A stretch of 64,000 nucleotides of DNA from an uncultured Candidatus Rokubacteria bacterium (GCA_963805625.1 CAWDVE010000010.1:1696001-1760000), one strand, 5' to 3'. Counted from the first letter of the stretch, positions 1 to 9,290 are shown. Notes: generated by a model from the letters alone, not told the origin. Made by a program: numbers and translations.

Positions 1-1
1 C

Positions 2-553
2 GCCGAGACTCGTTGGTCGGACGCCCTGTCGGCCAGCGGCCAGCCGCGAAGCTGGACGGGCGTCCGCTTCGGTTCGCGTTTCGTTGACTCGCGGACGATC
101 CGGGTCGCCGCGCCGCCGCCGGTCGCGTTCGAGCCGATCGCGCGACTCGGCGGAACGACGGGGTGGTACGCAGCGGACGCACTATGGCGCCTGCGGGGAT
201 TCCTCGACCTGCTGGTCGGCGGCGTCGGCCTCCGCCGCGGCCGTCGCGATCCGCGGCGGCTGGTCGTCGGCGACGCACTCGACTTCTGGCGCGTGGAGGC
301 CATCGAGCCGGGTCGGCTGCTCCGGCTCGCCGCCGAGATGCGGCTCCCGGGCCGGGCCTGGCTCGTCTTCGAGGTCGAGCCGAACGGTCCAGGATCAGTC
401 ATCCGACAGACCGCCCTGTTCGATCCCGTGGGGCTCCTCGGTCGCATCTACTGGTACGCGCTCTATCCCCTCCATCGGCTCGTCTTCGGCGGTATGCTGC
501 GTGGGATCGCGGACCGGGTGAGGCGCGGAACGGGACCACGATGCGAATCCTGA
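2..553 (+). CDS. C-terminal part of SDR/DUF2867 (YbjT-like) protein, truncated by window edge
   Basis: Frame open from position 2: GGTTGWY..LWRLRGFLDLLVGGVGLRRGRRDP..GDALDFWRVE..LRLAAEMRLPGRAWL..QTALFDPVGLLGRIYWY. Confidence 0.85.
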   Translation, partial: AETRWSDALSASGQPRSWTGVRFGSRFVDSRTIRVAAPPPVAFEPIARLGGTTGWYAADALWRLRGFLDLLVGGVGLRRGRRDPRRLVVGDALDFWRVEAIEPGRLLRLAAEMRLPGRAWLVFEVEPNGPGSVIRQTALFDPVGLLGRIYWYALYPLHRLVFGGMLRGIADRVRRGTGPRCES

Positions 554-724
554 TCACGGGCCGCGGCGACGTCGGGAGCGCGCTGGACGTCATGCTAACG
601 AGTCCACCTTGGTAAGTCACGATGGATTTCCCGCGGTACCGCCATGCGCTAGGCAGCATCTGGGCAGTGAACGAACGCGCGAGACGCATACAGAGGCCGC
701 GGTCGACGTCGGCGAGCAGGCAGA

Positions 725-810
725 GGGAGGCCCGCGACACCCCTGGGTCACGCGTTAGTTGGCCAGCGCCCTGTTGAGGGCGGCCACCCAGTGCGCCGGT
801 TCCGCGCAAG
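725..810 (-). pseudogene. Relic of an arylsulfatase 3' end plus downstream sequence, homologous to about 57812-57900
   Basis: aggcccgcgacacccctgggtcacgcgttagttggccagc vs aggcccgcgacactcctgggtcacgcgctagtcggccagc; reads AEPAHWVAALNRALAN* vs AEQAHKVAALKKGLAD*. Confidence 0.65.
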
Positions 811-960
811 AAAGGTACCACGATGCCCACGAGACCACGCGAGGACGACGCCTGCTGCGTCGCGCGGATCGGGCCTCTCCATGGGCTCGGCCGGAGCGGC
901 ACCGCTGCGGCACGCTTGCCCCGGTGAGGCGCCCGGTCCCCAGTCCACGTCTTGTGGCCC

Positions 961-2040
961 TCAGGAATGACTCCGTGGGAGCGACAGTGGCCGTTCCTCT
1001 CGCGAAGATCGCATCAGGAGGTGTGCGAACTCCAGGACCCGACGGCCTTCCCTTCCGGTAAGGACCGGACGGGGCTCCTTGCCGTGAAGGAACTGCAGGA
1101 AGTGCTGCGTGGATAGCCGGAAGCTCACGCCCCAGTCGGTCTCGAGGTTGTGGAAGGCACGCACCTCGCCGTCGGCATAGAGCGTGAGGACTGGCTCGTC
1201 GAGCAGACGGTCGCTGCACCGGGTGACCGTGATGAGGCCCGACTCCCCCTGGATCTCGAACTGCTCGTGTCCGGGGTAGTAGTCGGTCCGGATGCGCATC
1301 CCCGGCGCGGCGGAGATGTCCCAGATCCCGTGAACGGGCGGATCCCAATGGCGCCATGTCAGCGAGGCCGGGGCGTCCACGACGCTGCCGTTCGGGAGTG
1401 TCGTCTCCTCGATGCGGGCGAAGACGTCCCGAACGTCCCCGAACAGCCAACATGCCACGGCGAGCAGGTGGTGGCCGTGGTCGAACAACAGCGGACCCCC
1501 GAGCCCCGCGCGTCCGAGAACCTGTCTCCACGCCGTTGTCTCAACCGGCACGGGCCAGGCGTACTGCCGGTCCCCGGACACGATCTTCATGCGAAAGTGC
1601 AAGGGTCGGCCGATCGCTCCTGCATCGAGGAGCGCCTTGGCCCGGACCAGAGGCGCGTAGAAGATGAAGTTCTCGAAGCACTTGAGATGGCGGCCCGTCT
1701 CCCTCGCCGTGGCGAGCATGGTGTCGGCCTCCGCCACCGTCATCGCCATCGGCTTCTGCACGCTAACGTGGGCGCCCGCTCGCATGGCGGCCACCGCCAT
1801 CTCGGCGTGGAGGGGGTGTGGCGTCAGGACGTCGACGAGGTCCGGCTCGAGGTGCAGGAGCTCGTCGAAGCCCTGCACGAGCCGCGCCTCTGGGAAGAGC
1901 GCGGCCCGCCGGTCGAGCAGATCCTGGCGGCTATCGCAGAGTGCCACCACCACCGCGTCCGGGTTGTCGCGGTAGCCGAGGCAGTTCAGGTCGAAGATGC
2001 GGCCGAGCCCGACAATGCCGACTCGAATGGGACGGGTCAT
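961..2040 (-). CDS. Gfo/Idh/MocA family oxidoreductase
   Basis: MTRPIRVGIVGLGRI Rossmann start; TPHPLH, HVSVQKPMA and GGPLLFDHGHH motifs. Confidence 0.9.
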   Translation of the reverse strand: MTRPIRVGIVGLGRIFDLNCLGYRDNPDAVVVALCDSRQDLLDRRAALFPEARLVQGFDELLHLEPDLVDVLTPHPLHAEMAVAAMRAGAHVSVQKPMAMTVAEADTMLATARETGRHLKCFENFIFYAPLVRAKALLDAGAIGRPLHFRMKIVSGDRQYAWPVPVETTAWRQVLGRAGLGGPLLFDHGHHLLAVACWLFGDVRDVFARIEETTLPNGSVVDAPASLTWRHWDPPVHGIWDISAAPGMRIRTDYYPGHEQFEIQGESGLITVTRCSDRLLDEPVLTLYADGEVRAFHNLETDWGVSFRLSTQHFLQFLHGKEPRPVLTGREGRRVLEFAHLLMRSSREERPLSLPRSHS

Positions 2041-2333
2041 TGCGAGAGGCTCCCTCCGCGGGCATGGTCGCACCGCCACCCTATCGTACGGCACCAAAGT
2101 GGTGGCCACTGAACATCCCTCGTTGCACCGCAGGAGATGCTGCGGCCTAACCCCCCACCCCAGTCCGGGCAAACCGAATACGCCTGGCCCCGGCGTCCAC
2201 AAGCACGAAACGCGCTGAGCCGGGCGGGATCGCGTCGGGCCGCGGCGAGCCGCGGCGAAAGGACCGACTGGATAGACCTGCCGGCGTGGGAATGCCTTCG
2301 GGCGCACTCCGCCAGCGGCCTCACCTCGGTGCC

Positions 2334-2359
2334 TTGACAGGAATCTTGCGGACTGTCAA
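2334..2359. promoter_or_regulatory. Inverted repeat TTGACAG-N12-CTGTCAA, putative operator in a divergent promoter region
   Basis: Perfect 7-bp inverted repeat giving TTGACA on both strands, between the divergent oxidoreductase and ABC operon. Confidence 0.5.
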
Positions 2360-2478
2360 TCATGATGTCGCGTCCGCCCCCCTTTCGGGTCGGACGGCCC
2401 CTTCTCGTCAGTGCGGGCTGGTGTCACGTCTCGTTCGGTCTGCCGTGCGACAGCGGCGGGCAGAAAGGCGGCTCGGTC

Positions 2479-3783
2479 ATGATTCGGCGATTGCGCGGGC
2501 GGCGTAGCCGACTCTTCGTGCTTCCTCTGATCCTGCTGGCCGGGGCCGTCGCGTCGGCGATCTGGCAGGGCTCCGGGCCGGTTGCTTGGGCAGCCGATCC
2601 CACGGTGCGGTACATCAGTCATCGCTTCCCGATGCTCGAGTTCTGGGCTAAGAAGATGGGCGAGTATCCCGGGATCAAGTTCGAAGCGGAGCTCATCCCA
2701 TTCGACCAGGCGCTCGAGAAGATGCAGATTCACCTGTCGCAAGGGGCGCCGACGTACGACATCATGGCGACCGACGCCTTCCTGGCGACCTTCGCGGAGC
2801 GCGGCTGGCTCATGCCGCTCGACCCGATGATCGCGAAGTACCGCCAGGCAGTCGAGTGGGACGACATCGACCCGATCCTGGTCCGGGACGTCTGCTCGTA
2901 CAAGGGCAAGGTCTACGGCGTGCCCAACCTCGCCATCTCGATGTTTTTCTTCTATCGGAAGGACCTCCTTGATGCGGCGGGCCTCCGGCCGCCGACGACC
3001 ATGGACGAGTGGATCGCCGCCGCCAAGGCGCTGACCAACCCCGAGAAGAAGCAGTACGGGACGACCCTCACCCTGAAGGCGGGCGACGGCTTCCAGAACG
3101 ACTTCACGTACTTCCTCCGCACCTACGGAGGGGACTGGTACGACAAGGACTGGAAGGTCACGATCGACAGCGAGGCGGGCCTGAAGGCGCTGACGACCAT
3201 GAAGGAGCTGATGAAGTACGCACCGCCCAACGTGCTCGCGTTCCACAACGACGAGTCCACGGTCGCGATGCAGCAGGGCCTGACCGCCATGGGGCTCCTG
3301 TGGCAGTCGCGCGCCCTGGCCATGGACAACGCCCAGGTCTCCCAGGTCGTGGGCAAGGTCCAGTTCGGCGTCCCGCCGGCCGCGACCAAGGGCGGGAAGA
3401 GCCACGCGCGGCTCTCGGTCGGCTGCTACTCGATCAGCGCATACACCAAGAACGATCCCGAGCTCGTCTTCCAGGTGCTCGCCAAGACGCTCAACAAGGC
3501 GAACATGCGGGAAGGGGCCGGGCTGGCCACGCCGACCCGCCTGTCGGTGACGCGGGATCCGGAGGTCACGCAGAAGTTCCGGTTCATCAAGGCGGCGGCC
3601 GACAACGTCCAGGCGGGCGCCCAGCTGGTCCCCAACATCCCCGAGTTCTCCGAGGCCATGGTCCAGACCACCCAGACCCTCCAGAAGGGGCTCACGGGCG
3701 AGCTGACCATCCCGGAGGCGCTCAAGCGCGCCCAGAAGGTGATGGCCGACCTCATGACCGAGAAGGGCTACTACAAGAAGTAA
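2479..3783 (+). CDS. Carbohydrate-type (CUT1) ABC transporter substrate-binding protein
   Basis: Signal peptide; YDIM, GKVYGVP, FFYRKDLL, PPTTMDEW motifs; AAAGG upstream of ATG 2479. Confidence 0.9.
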   Translation: MIRRLRGRRSRLFVLPLILLAGAVASAIWQGSGPVAWAADPTVRYISHRFPMLEFWAKKMGEYPGIKFEAELIPFDQALEKMQIHLSQGAPTYDIMATDAFLATFAERGWLMPLDPMIAKYRQAVEWDDIDPILVRDVCSYKGKVYGVPNLAISMFFFYRKDLLDAAGLRPPTTMDEWIAAAKALTNPEKKQYGTTLTLKAGDGFQNDFTYFLRTYGGDWYDKDWKVTIDSEAGLKALTTMKELMKYAPPNVLAFHNDESTVAMQQGLTAMGLLWQSRALAMDNAQVSQVVGKVQFGVPPAATKGGKSHARLSVGCYSISAYTKNDPELVFQVLAKTLNKANMREGAGLATPTRLSVTRDPEVTQKFRFIKAAADNVQAGAQLVPNIPEFSEAMVQTTQTLQKGLTGELTIPEALKRAQKVMADLMTEKGYYKK

Positions 3784-3798
3784 CGCCGTCCCATTGAA

Positions 3799-3839
3799 GC
3801 GGCCGGGCGGATCGTCTGTGGGTTTGACCGCCCGGTCGC
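3799..3839 (+). other. Intercistronic stem-loop after the SBP gene
   Basis: gcggccgggcgg / ccgcccggtcgc inverted repeat. Confidence 0.5.
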
Positions 3840-3942
3840 TCGCCTCGCACGCATCGATCCCCGCTCCGATGCAGCTCGCCCCGCCCCCCGTCACGGGACG
3901 TTCGCCGGGACGCTCGCGCCCCGCCGCGCGCTGGCCGCGACG

Positions 3943-4818
3943 ATGAGCCGGCAGCAGCGCCGCGACCGCCTGATCTTCCTCGTTCCGAGCATGACCGTCC
4001 TGACGGTCATCCTCTTCTATCCGCTCGTCTACAGCGTTGGGCTGAGCTTCTACAACTACTACCTGCCGGTGCCCCGGAAAACCTTCGTCGGCCTCGACAA
4101 CTTCCGGTACATCTGGGGCGACGACGCGTTCTGGGACGCGCTCGGCGTGACCGCGCGGTTCACCGCCGCCGCCGTCGCCATCGAGCTGGTCGCGGGCGTC
4201 GCCGTCGCCCTGCTCCTCGACGCCCGCATCCCGTGCCGGCGCTTCGTCAGCACCGTGGTGCTCCTGCCGATGACCATCACCCCGGCGGTCGCCGGGCTCC
4301 TCATGCGCTGGATGTTCGAGAGTAACTGGGGGATGGTGAACTACTTCCTCTCGCTCGTCGGCGTGCGAGGACCGGGGTGGACCGGGGACCCCGCCTGGGC
4401 GCTCTGGTCGATCATCCTCGCGGACGTGTGGCAGAACACGCCGTTCGTCATCCTGGTGGTCTACGCCGGCCTCCAGAGCGTTCCCGAGGAGCCGCTCGAG
4501 GCGGCGATGGTGGACGGGGCGACCCGGACGCAGACTCTCACCCACGTCATCTTTCCCTTCCTGCGCCCGCTCGTGCTCTTCGTGCTGATCATCCGCTCGA
4601 TGGACGCCTTCCGCATCTTCGACCAGGTGTTCGTGATGACGGGCGGCGGGCCGGGCACGACGACCCAGACCATCACGTTCTACAACTACGTGATGGCCTT
4701 CCGCATGCTGCGGATGGGACGTGCCTCCGCCCTGGGCGTGGTCACGCTCCTCATCCTGTCGGTGGTCATCGGGTTCTGGATCTACCTCCTGTACCGGCGA
4801 GAGAAAGGCGAGTGGTGA
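3943..4818 (+). CDS. Carbohydrate ABC transporter permease (MalF/UgpA-like)
   Basis: FVGLDNF; EAA motif EAAMVDGA; MTGGGPG. Confidence 0.92.
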   Translation: MSRQQRRDRLIFLVPSMTVLTVILFYPLVYSVGLSFYNYYLPVPRKTFVGLDNFRYIWGDDAFWDALGVTARFTAAAVAIELVAGVAVALLLDARIPCRRFVSTVVLLPMTITPAVAGLLMRWMFESNWGMVNYFLSLVGVRGPGWTGDPAWALWSIILADVWQNTPFVILVVYAGLQSVPEEPLEAAMVDGATRTQTLTHVIFPFLRPLVLFVLIIRSMDAFRIFDQVFVMTGGGPGTTTQTITFYNYVMAFRMLRMGRASALGVVTLLILSVVIGFWIYLLYRREKGEW

Positions 4819-5660
4819 GTCGCCGGCGCCGGGTCGGACCCCGCGTGATGGTCGCCCAGGCCCTGCTCTACCTAGCGCTCCTGGCCGTGGTCGCGGTCTC
4901 CCTGTTCCCGATCTACTTCGCGCTCACGACGTCGCTCAAGGTCACCCGGGAGGCTTTCACCATCCCGCCGACGTGGGTCTTCACGCCGACGCTCGAGCAC
5001 CACCGCTACATCTGGCTGGAGACGCCGTTCCCACGGTACCTCGTCAACACGCTCATCATCACGACGGGAGCGGTGCTGCTCTCGATCCCGCTCGGTTGCA
5101 TGGCGGCGTACTATCTGGCTCGCTACCGAAGCCGGCCGATCCAGGCGCTCCTCTTCACGCTCCTGGCGGTCCGGGCCTTCCCGCGCATCCTCCTGCTGGT
5201 CCCGTTCTTCCTCCTTGCCCGCGCCGCGGAGCTCTACGACACGCACATCCTCATCATCCTGATCATCGTGGCCTTCAACCAGCCGTTCGCGATCTGGCTG
5301 ATGCGCGGGTTCTTCCTGGACGTGCCGCGGGAGCTCCCTGAGGCGGCGATGATCGACGGCTGCAGTTCGCTCGGGGCCTTCGTGCGGGTGGTGCTGCCGG
5401 TGGTGCGCCCCGGCGTGTTCACCGCGGCGCTCTTCACCTTCCTCTTCGCCTACAACGAGTTCCTCTACTGCCTGATCCTCACCGGGAACCAGGCCAAGCC
5501 GCTCTCGGTGGCCATCGCCCAGTACGGAGCCGAGAAGATCGAGTATTGGTCCTGGTCCGCCGCCGGGGCCGTGGGCATCCTCGCCCCGATCGTGCTCTTC
5601 ATCGGGGTGATGCAGCGCCACCTGATCAAGGGCCTGACGTTCGGGACCCTGAAGGGGTAA
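4815..5660 (+). CDS. Carbohydrate ABC transporter permease (MalG/UgpE-like)
   Basis: GTG start overlaps upstream TGA; EAAMIDGCS; C-terminal QRHLIKGLTFGTLKG. Confidence 0.92.
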   Translation: MSRRRRVGPRVMVAQALLYLALLAVVAVSLFPIYFALTTSLKVTREAFTIPPTWVFTPTLEHHRYIWLETPFPRYLVNTLIITTGAVLLSIPLGCMAAYYLARYRSRPIQALLFTLLAVRAFPRILLLVPFFLLARAAELYDTHILIILIIVAFNQPFAIWLMRGFFLDVPRELPEAAMIDGCSSLGAFVRVVLPVVRPGVFTAALFTFLFAYNEFLYCLILTGNQAKPLSVAIAQYGAEKIEYWSWSAAGAVGILAPIVLFIGVMQRHLIKGLTFGTLKG

Positions 5661-5745
5661 GACTCACGCGCCCTCGCCCCGCCGGGCGGCCGTAGTGCGT
5701 CACCGTGACATTGCGGCGACGCTTTGTCGCGGCCGTCAACGGCCC

Positions 5746-6111
5746 TCACCCGGCGGTCGGGGACCCTAGGCCAATGAACCAGCCGACGATGGCCCCGTGC
5801 GCTAGATGGGCCGCGACCGTGACAACCGGCGTGCTGGCGCCGTAATTCAGCAGCATGAAACCAGGAGGCTCGAGTAGCGCTCGTTGATGGGACGCGTCGA
5901 AGCGCGTCCCCATCCGAGGGTGTACGGCAGGCAGCAGGATATTCACGAGAGCCGTCCCGGCGAACAGCGCGTGGACGAGACCGAACAGCAACCCGAGCTG
6001 CCAGCTTGCCCGGCCCATCGCCAGGAACACGAGCCAGCACAGAGTGGCGAACAGCAACCCGAACACGAAGTGGACGCCGTAGCCAAGGGCGATGGCGTGG
6101 GCGCGGTTCAC
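5746..6111 (-). CDS. Membrane protein, probably N-terminally truncated
   Basis: Hydrophobic helices with LLPAVHPRMG..LEPPGFMLLNYG motif; no clear RBS. Confidence 0.55.
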   Translation of the reverse strand: MNRAHAIALGYGVHFVFGLLFATLCWLVFLAMGRASWQLGLLFGLVHALFAGTALVNILLPAVHPRMGTRFDASHQRALLEPPGFMLLNYGASTPVVTVAAHLAHGAIVGWFIGLGSPTAG

Positions 6112-6132
6112 CGCCGAAGGTCGTCCGGCCGC

Positions 6133-7434
6133 TCAGTAGTCCACGCAGGTCAGGCGGGAGAACCCCCAGACGTCGTTCAGATGGCTGGTGCCGTACCGGC
6201 CGAGGGGCGGCGGCTGCGCGGCATACCACGCGGGCGCGATCGGGCCAGCGGCGATGACGCGCTCGACGGGCGGGAAGGGGCCCGGCGCGCTGCCGTCGCC
6301 GGTGCTGACGATGCCCACGCCCTCCGGCGCCGTCACCAGCAGCGGCGGCGCCGCGCCGTCCTCGTCGTCCTCCTCCTCGGTGATCAGGACCGTCTTGACG
6401 CCGGCCTCGTCGAGGGCCCGGACGACCGCCATCGTGTCGAGCATCCGCTGCCCGCGGAGGGTCGGTGTGACGATGGCCCCCGTCGCCCCGAGCGTGGTCG
6501 CCATCAGCGCCGCGCGGTTCGCCATCAGCTCCTTCTGGCGCTGCTCCTCCCACATCGTCCGCACCATGATGCAGCCGAGGAAGTTGAAGTCGACGCCGTG
6601 ACGGCGGCACATGTGGAGCACGATGCTGTTCGTGAGCGGCCAGGTGAACCACCGGTAGAAGTCCCCGCTGAAGAAGCTCCCGCAGACCGCCCCGTCGAGG
6701 ACCTCCGTCGGGTGGAGGAGCCACGGCTGGGTGAGCCGCGTGATGCCGTAGACCGCGGTGGAGAGCGTCGAGTCGGGGCTCAGGTAGATGGGCTCGGGCG
6801 ACACGACGCTGTGGACGTAGACGAAGCCTGGCAGGCCCGGCCGCGGAGTCAGGTCCAGCACCTCGACGTCGACCGGGGTCTCGCCGAGCGTCGCGGCGGC
6901 GAGCCGGTCCTGGACGGCCAGCGTTGCCTGCTGGATGATGCGATTGGCCGGGTCGGGCGCGAGGTCGGGATCCGGCTCGATCAGGAGACAGAGGTTGACA
7001 GTGGCGGCCCAGGGGCTGATCGCGCCCGGGCCCGACATGTCGAGGAAGTCGCCGTACGCGGTGCCGGGGCGAAAGGAGGAAAGGAGACCGTAGCGCCGCA
7101 CGTCCTGGGGCGGCGTGCAGGGCATCAGCGTGAAGCCGGCAAGCCGGTTGGTCCGACCCGTCCCCACGGTCTCCACTGCGCGGCCCACGATGCCGGGGTA
7201 GGCGACGCCCTTCCCAGCCGCCTTCACCCGCGGCTCGATGATGTCTTGGATAGTCACGATGCGCGCCGACTCGCCCGGGCGGACGACCTCGAGCGCCGCG
7301 CGTGCGACCAGCGGGTCCCGGCGCACGAGGCCCAGGATCTCCTCCCGATCGATCTCGAGCACCCGGTCCCGCCACTGGGTCGTGGCGCCGAAGCGGACGT
7401 CCTCGACGGGGTAGGCGGCGAGCTCAAGACGCAC
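6133..7434 (-). CDS. grdE: Glycine/sarcosine/betaine reductase component B proprotein-family subunit (GrdE/GrdG/GrdI-like), divergent
   Basis: MRLEL..V.DVRFG; PGESARIV.I.DIIEPRVK; VGTGRTNRL.G; FLDMSGPGA; LHPTEVLDGA; GVDFNFLG; overlaps grdB stop. Confidence 0.88.
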   Translation of the reverse strand: MRLELAAYPVEDVRFGATTQWRDRVLEIDREEILGLVRRDPLVARAALEVVRPGESARIVTIQDIIEPRVKAAGKGVAYPGIVGRAVETVGTGRTNRLAGFTLMPCTPPQDVRRYGLLSSFRPGTAYGDFLDMSGPGAISPWAATVNLCLLIEPDPDLAPDPANRIIQQATLAVQDRLAAATLGETPVDVEVLDLTPRPGLPGFVYVHSVVSPEPIYLSPDSTLSTAVYGITRLTQPWLLHPTEVLDGAVCGSFFSGDFYRWFTWPLTNSIVLHMCRRHGVDFNFLGCIMVRTMWEEQRQKELMANRAALMATTLGATGAIVTPTLRGQRMLDTMAVVRALDEAGVKTVLITEEEDDEDGAAPPLLVTAPEGVGIVSTGDGSAPGPFPPVERVIAAGPIAPAWYAAQPPPLGRYGTSHLNDVWGFSRLTCVDY

Positions 7435-8770
7435 TGACGCGCTCCGGGGCCGCGGCCGGGGGGTCGAAGAGCGTGGGCTCGGTGACGGGTGTCTGGAGCG
7501 CCGAGAGCGCGGCCAAGACGATCCGGCGACTCAGGTCCCGATCCGCCTCCTCCGGCAGCTTCGGGTCACCGCAGGGGTGCTGTACTTGAACGCCGCGCAC
7601 GACCCGGTTCGCGTTGGCGGCCAGCGCGATGGCCGGGAGAGCCCCGATCAGGGCCGTGGGGATGCCGACTCGCTCGAGCTCCTTCGCTATCGTTGCGCCG
7701 CAACGATGGCAGCTCCCTCACCCAGACACCTGGAGCGCCGCCGCGACCCCGGCGTCCCGGAACTCCTCGGCGACGCGCCGGCCGATCGCCCGCGCAGGGC
7801 CGACGGCGGTCTGGTTGCCGACCGTGCTGTAGATCCACGGATAGATGCCCCCGATCGCGCCCTCGGCCTCGAGGGCGCGGAGCGTCCCCAGCGGGAGCGC
7901 GTAGTCGGGGCTCCGCGTGTTCAGGATCTTCGTGTTGAAGCCGCCGTGCGCCGACTCCCACCGGGTGACGTCGAGCGAGCCGAGCCCGTCGATCGAGTAG
8001 CGCCCGGCCGCGAGCGCACGGGCGCCAGGCAGATGATCCGGGTTGCCGCGCGGGACGATCCCCGTGCTGACGACGATCCCGATGGTGGCGCGCGCGAGGT
8101 CCGCCACCGGCGGGGCCGGAGTTACGCGGTCGTATTGCTGCACCTGGATCTCCGAGGCGACAGGCCGGCCGGCGACCTGAGCGAGGAGCATGTCCACGGC
8201 GCGCTCGTATCCCACCTTATCCTTCATGACGAGCCGCCGGATCCCGCGCGGGATGTAGCCCTCTTCCGCGGCGGATCCGAGCGCCTCCCCGCGGGCGAGC
8301 CGGAGGCCGAGGCCGACCATCCGGGCAAGGATCGGCTTCATTTCCGACGCGTCGAGACCCGTGGGTACAGCCAGGAGCTCCCGCCGGTGGGTGATGATGG
8401 CCGCGTTGTCCGGATACATACCCGTGACGGCGGGGATGCCGAGCGACTGGGCAACCCGGCAGGTCAGGGCGCAGCCGAGACCGTAGCGGCCGGAATCGAA
8501 CGCAGGACCGGCCAGCACGAGATCCGGGCGGTGGCGTCCTAACGCCTCGCGGATGGCCGCCCCCGCCTCGTCTTCGCGCTCCGCGACGTAGTCGTCGCCG
8601 CAGATGAGCGTGGCCACGACCGTGCCCTGCTCTCCCAGGATCTGCTGGAGTGCGCGCCCCGGCCCGACGGGCCCCTCCCGTACCTCCAGCGGTGCGTGGG
8701 CCTTCTCCTCGCCCCCGATCCCGCCGAAGAACTGGTTCACGTAATGCACGATGCGAGCTGGCTGTCCCAC
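7424..8770 (-). CDS. grdB: Reductase selenoprotein B (GrdB-like), 448 aa, Sec at in-frame UGA 7718-7720 (codon 351)
   Basis: IVHYVNQFFGGIGGEEKA and AGPAFDSGRYG; reading through TGA gives VSG-U-GSCHRCGATIAKELERVGIP..ANRVV..QHPCGDP, ending at TGA 7424-7426; RBS AAGGAGG. Confidence 0.95.
7689..7707 (-). promoter_or_regulatory. Putative SECIS hairpin of grdB
   Basis: AUCGUUGC-GGC-GCAACGAU, perfect 8-bp stem; loop starts 18 nt after the UGA with G first. Confidence 0.7.
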
Positions 8771-8807
8771 GACCCCCTCCTTCCGAGAATCGCCGTCCGG
8801 CTCGGCC

Positions 8808-9290
8808 CTACCCGGCGCTGTCGGGGCTCGCCTGCGCGTTCCGGACCTCGCGCACGGCGGCGACGATCTCGTCGGGATCCTCCAGCGCCAACTCGGTCAT
8901 GCCGACTTCGGCCTGATAGACCTGCTCGTCGACCTGGGCCTTGACCTCCGGTTCGATGACGTGGAAGACCGGCAGGCCGAGGGCTTCACCCGCAAGCGGC
9001 CCCGCCCACGTGGGATCGCCTTCCGTGACGGTGAGTGCGTACAGCCGGCTGCTGGCCGGCGTCGGGGTGCCCAGAAGGACGACCAGGTTTGTGGTCCCCA
9101 GGCGCTGGACCGTCTGCTTGATCGCCTCTTGGCCCTCCAGGCCAAGCGCCCCCGCGGCCGTTCAGACGAAGCAATGCGTCTGCTCGAGGACGACCTCCGC
9201 TCCCGCACTCCGGGCGCACTTGGCGATCGATGTCCCCGGCACGCCGTCCCGCTCACCCACCACGATGACTCGCTTGCCCCTCAACTCCAC
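8808..9290 (-). CDS. grdA: Reductase selenoprotein A (GrdA-like), 160 aa, Sec43 at UGA 9162-9164; absent from ORF track
   Basis: Manual translation: MELRGKRVIVVGERDGVPGTSIAKCARSAGAEVVLEQTHCFV-U-TAAGALGLEGQEAIK..LVVLLGTP..TVTEGDPTWAGPLAGEALGLPVFHVIEPEVK..YQAEVGM..SAG*. Confidence 0.95.
9128..9146 (-). promoter_or_regulatory. Putative SECIS hairpin of grdA
   Basis: CUUGGCC-UGGAG-GGCCAAG, perfect 7-bp stem; loop starts 22 nt after the UGA. Confidence 0.7.

Noticed and set aside
541-615. MRILITGRGDVGSAL, a Rossmann-like start that could be a selenium-related YqeB-like gene
   Set aside because: Only 24 codons before a stop; the family cannot be assigned
5746-6135. The grdE stop (TGA) is in frame with the downstream membrane ORF, suggesting a third Sec read-through fusion
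   Set aside because: GrdE-family proteins normally end at this position, in-frame adjacency has a one-in-three chance, and the downstream ORF looks like a truncated unrelated gene
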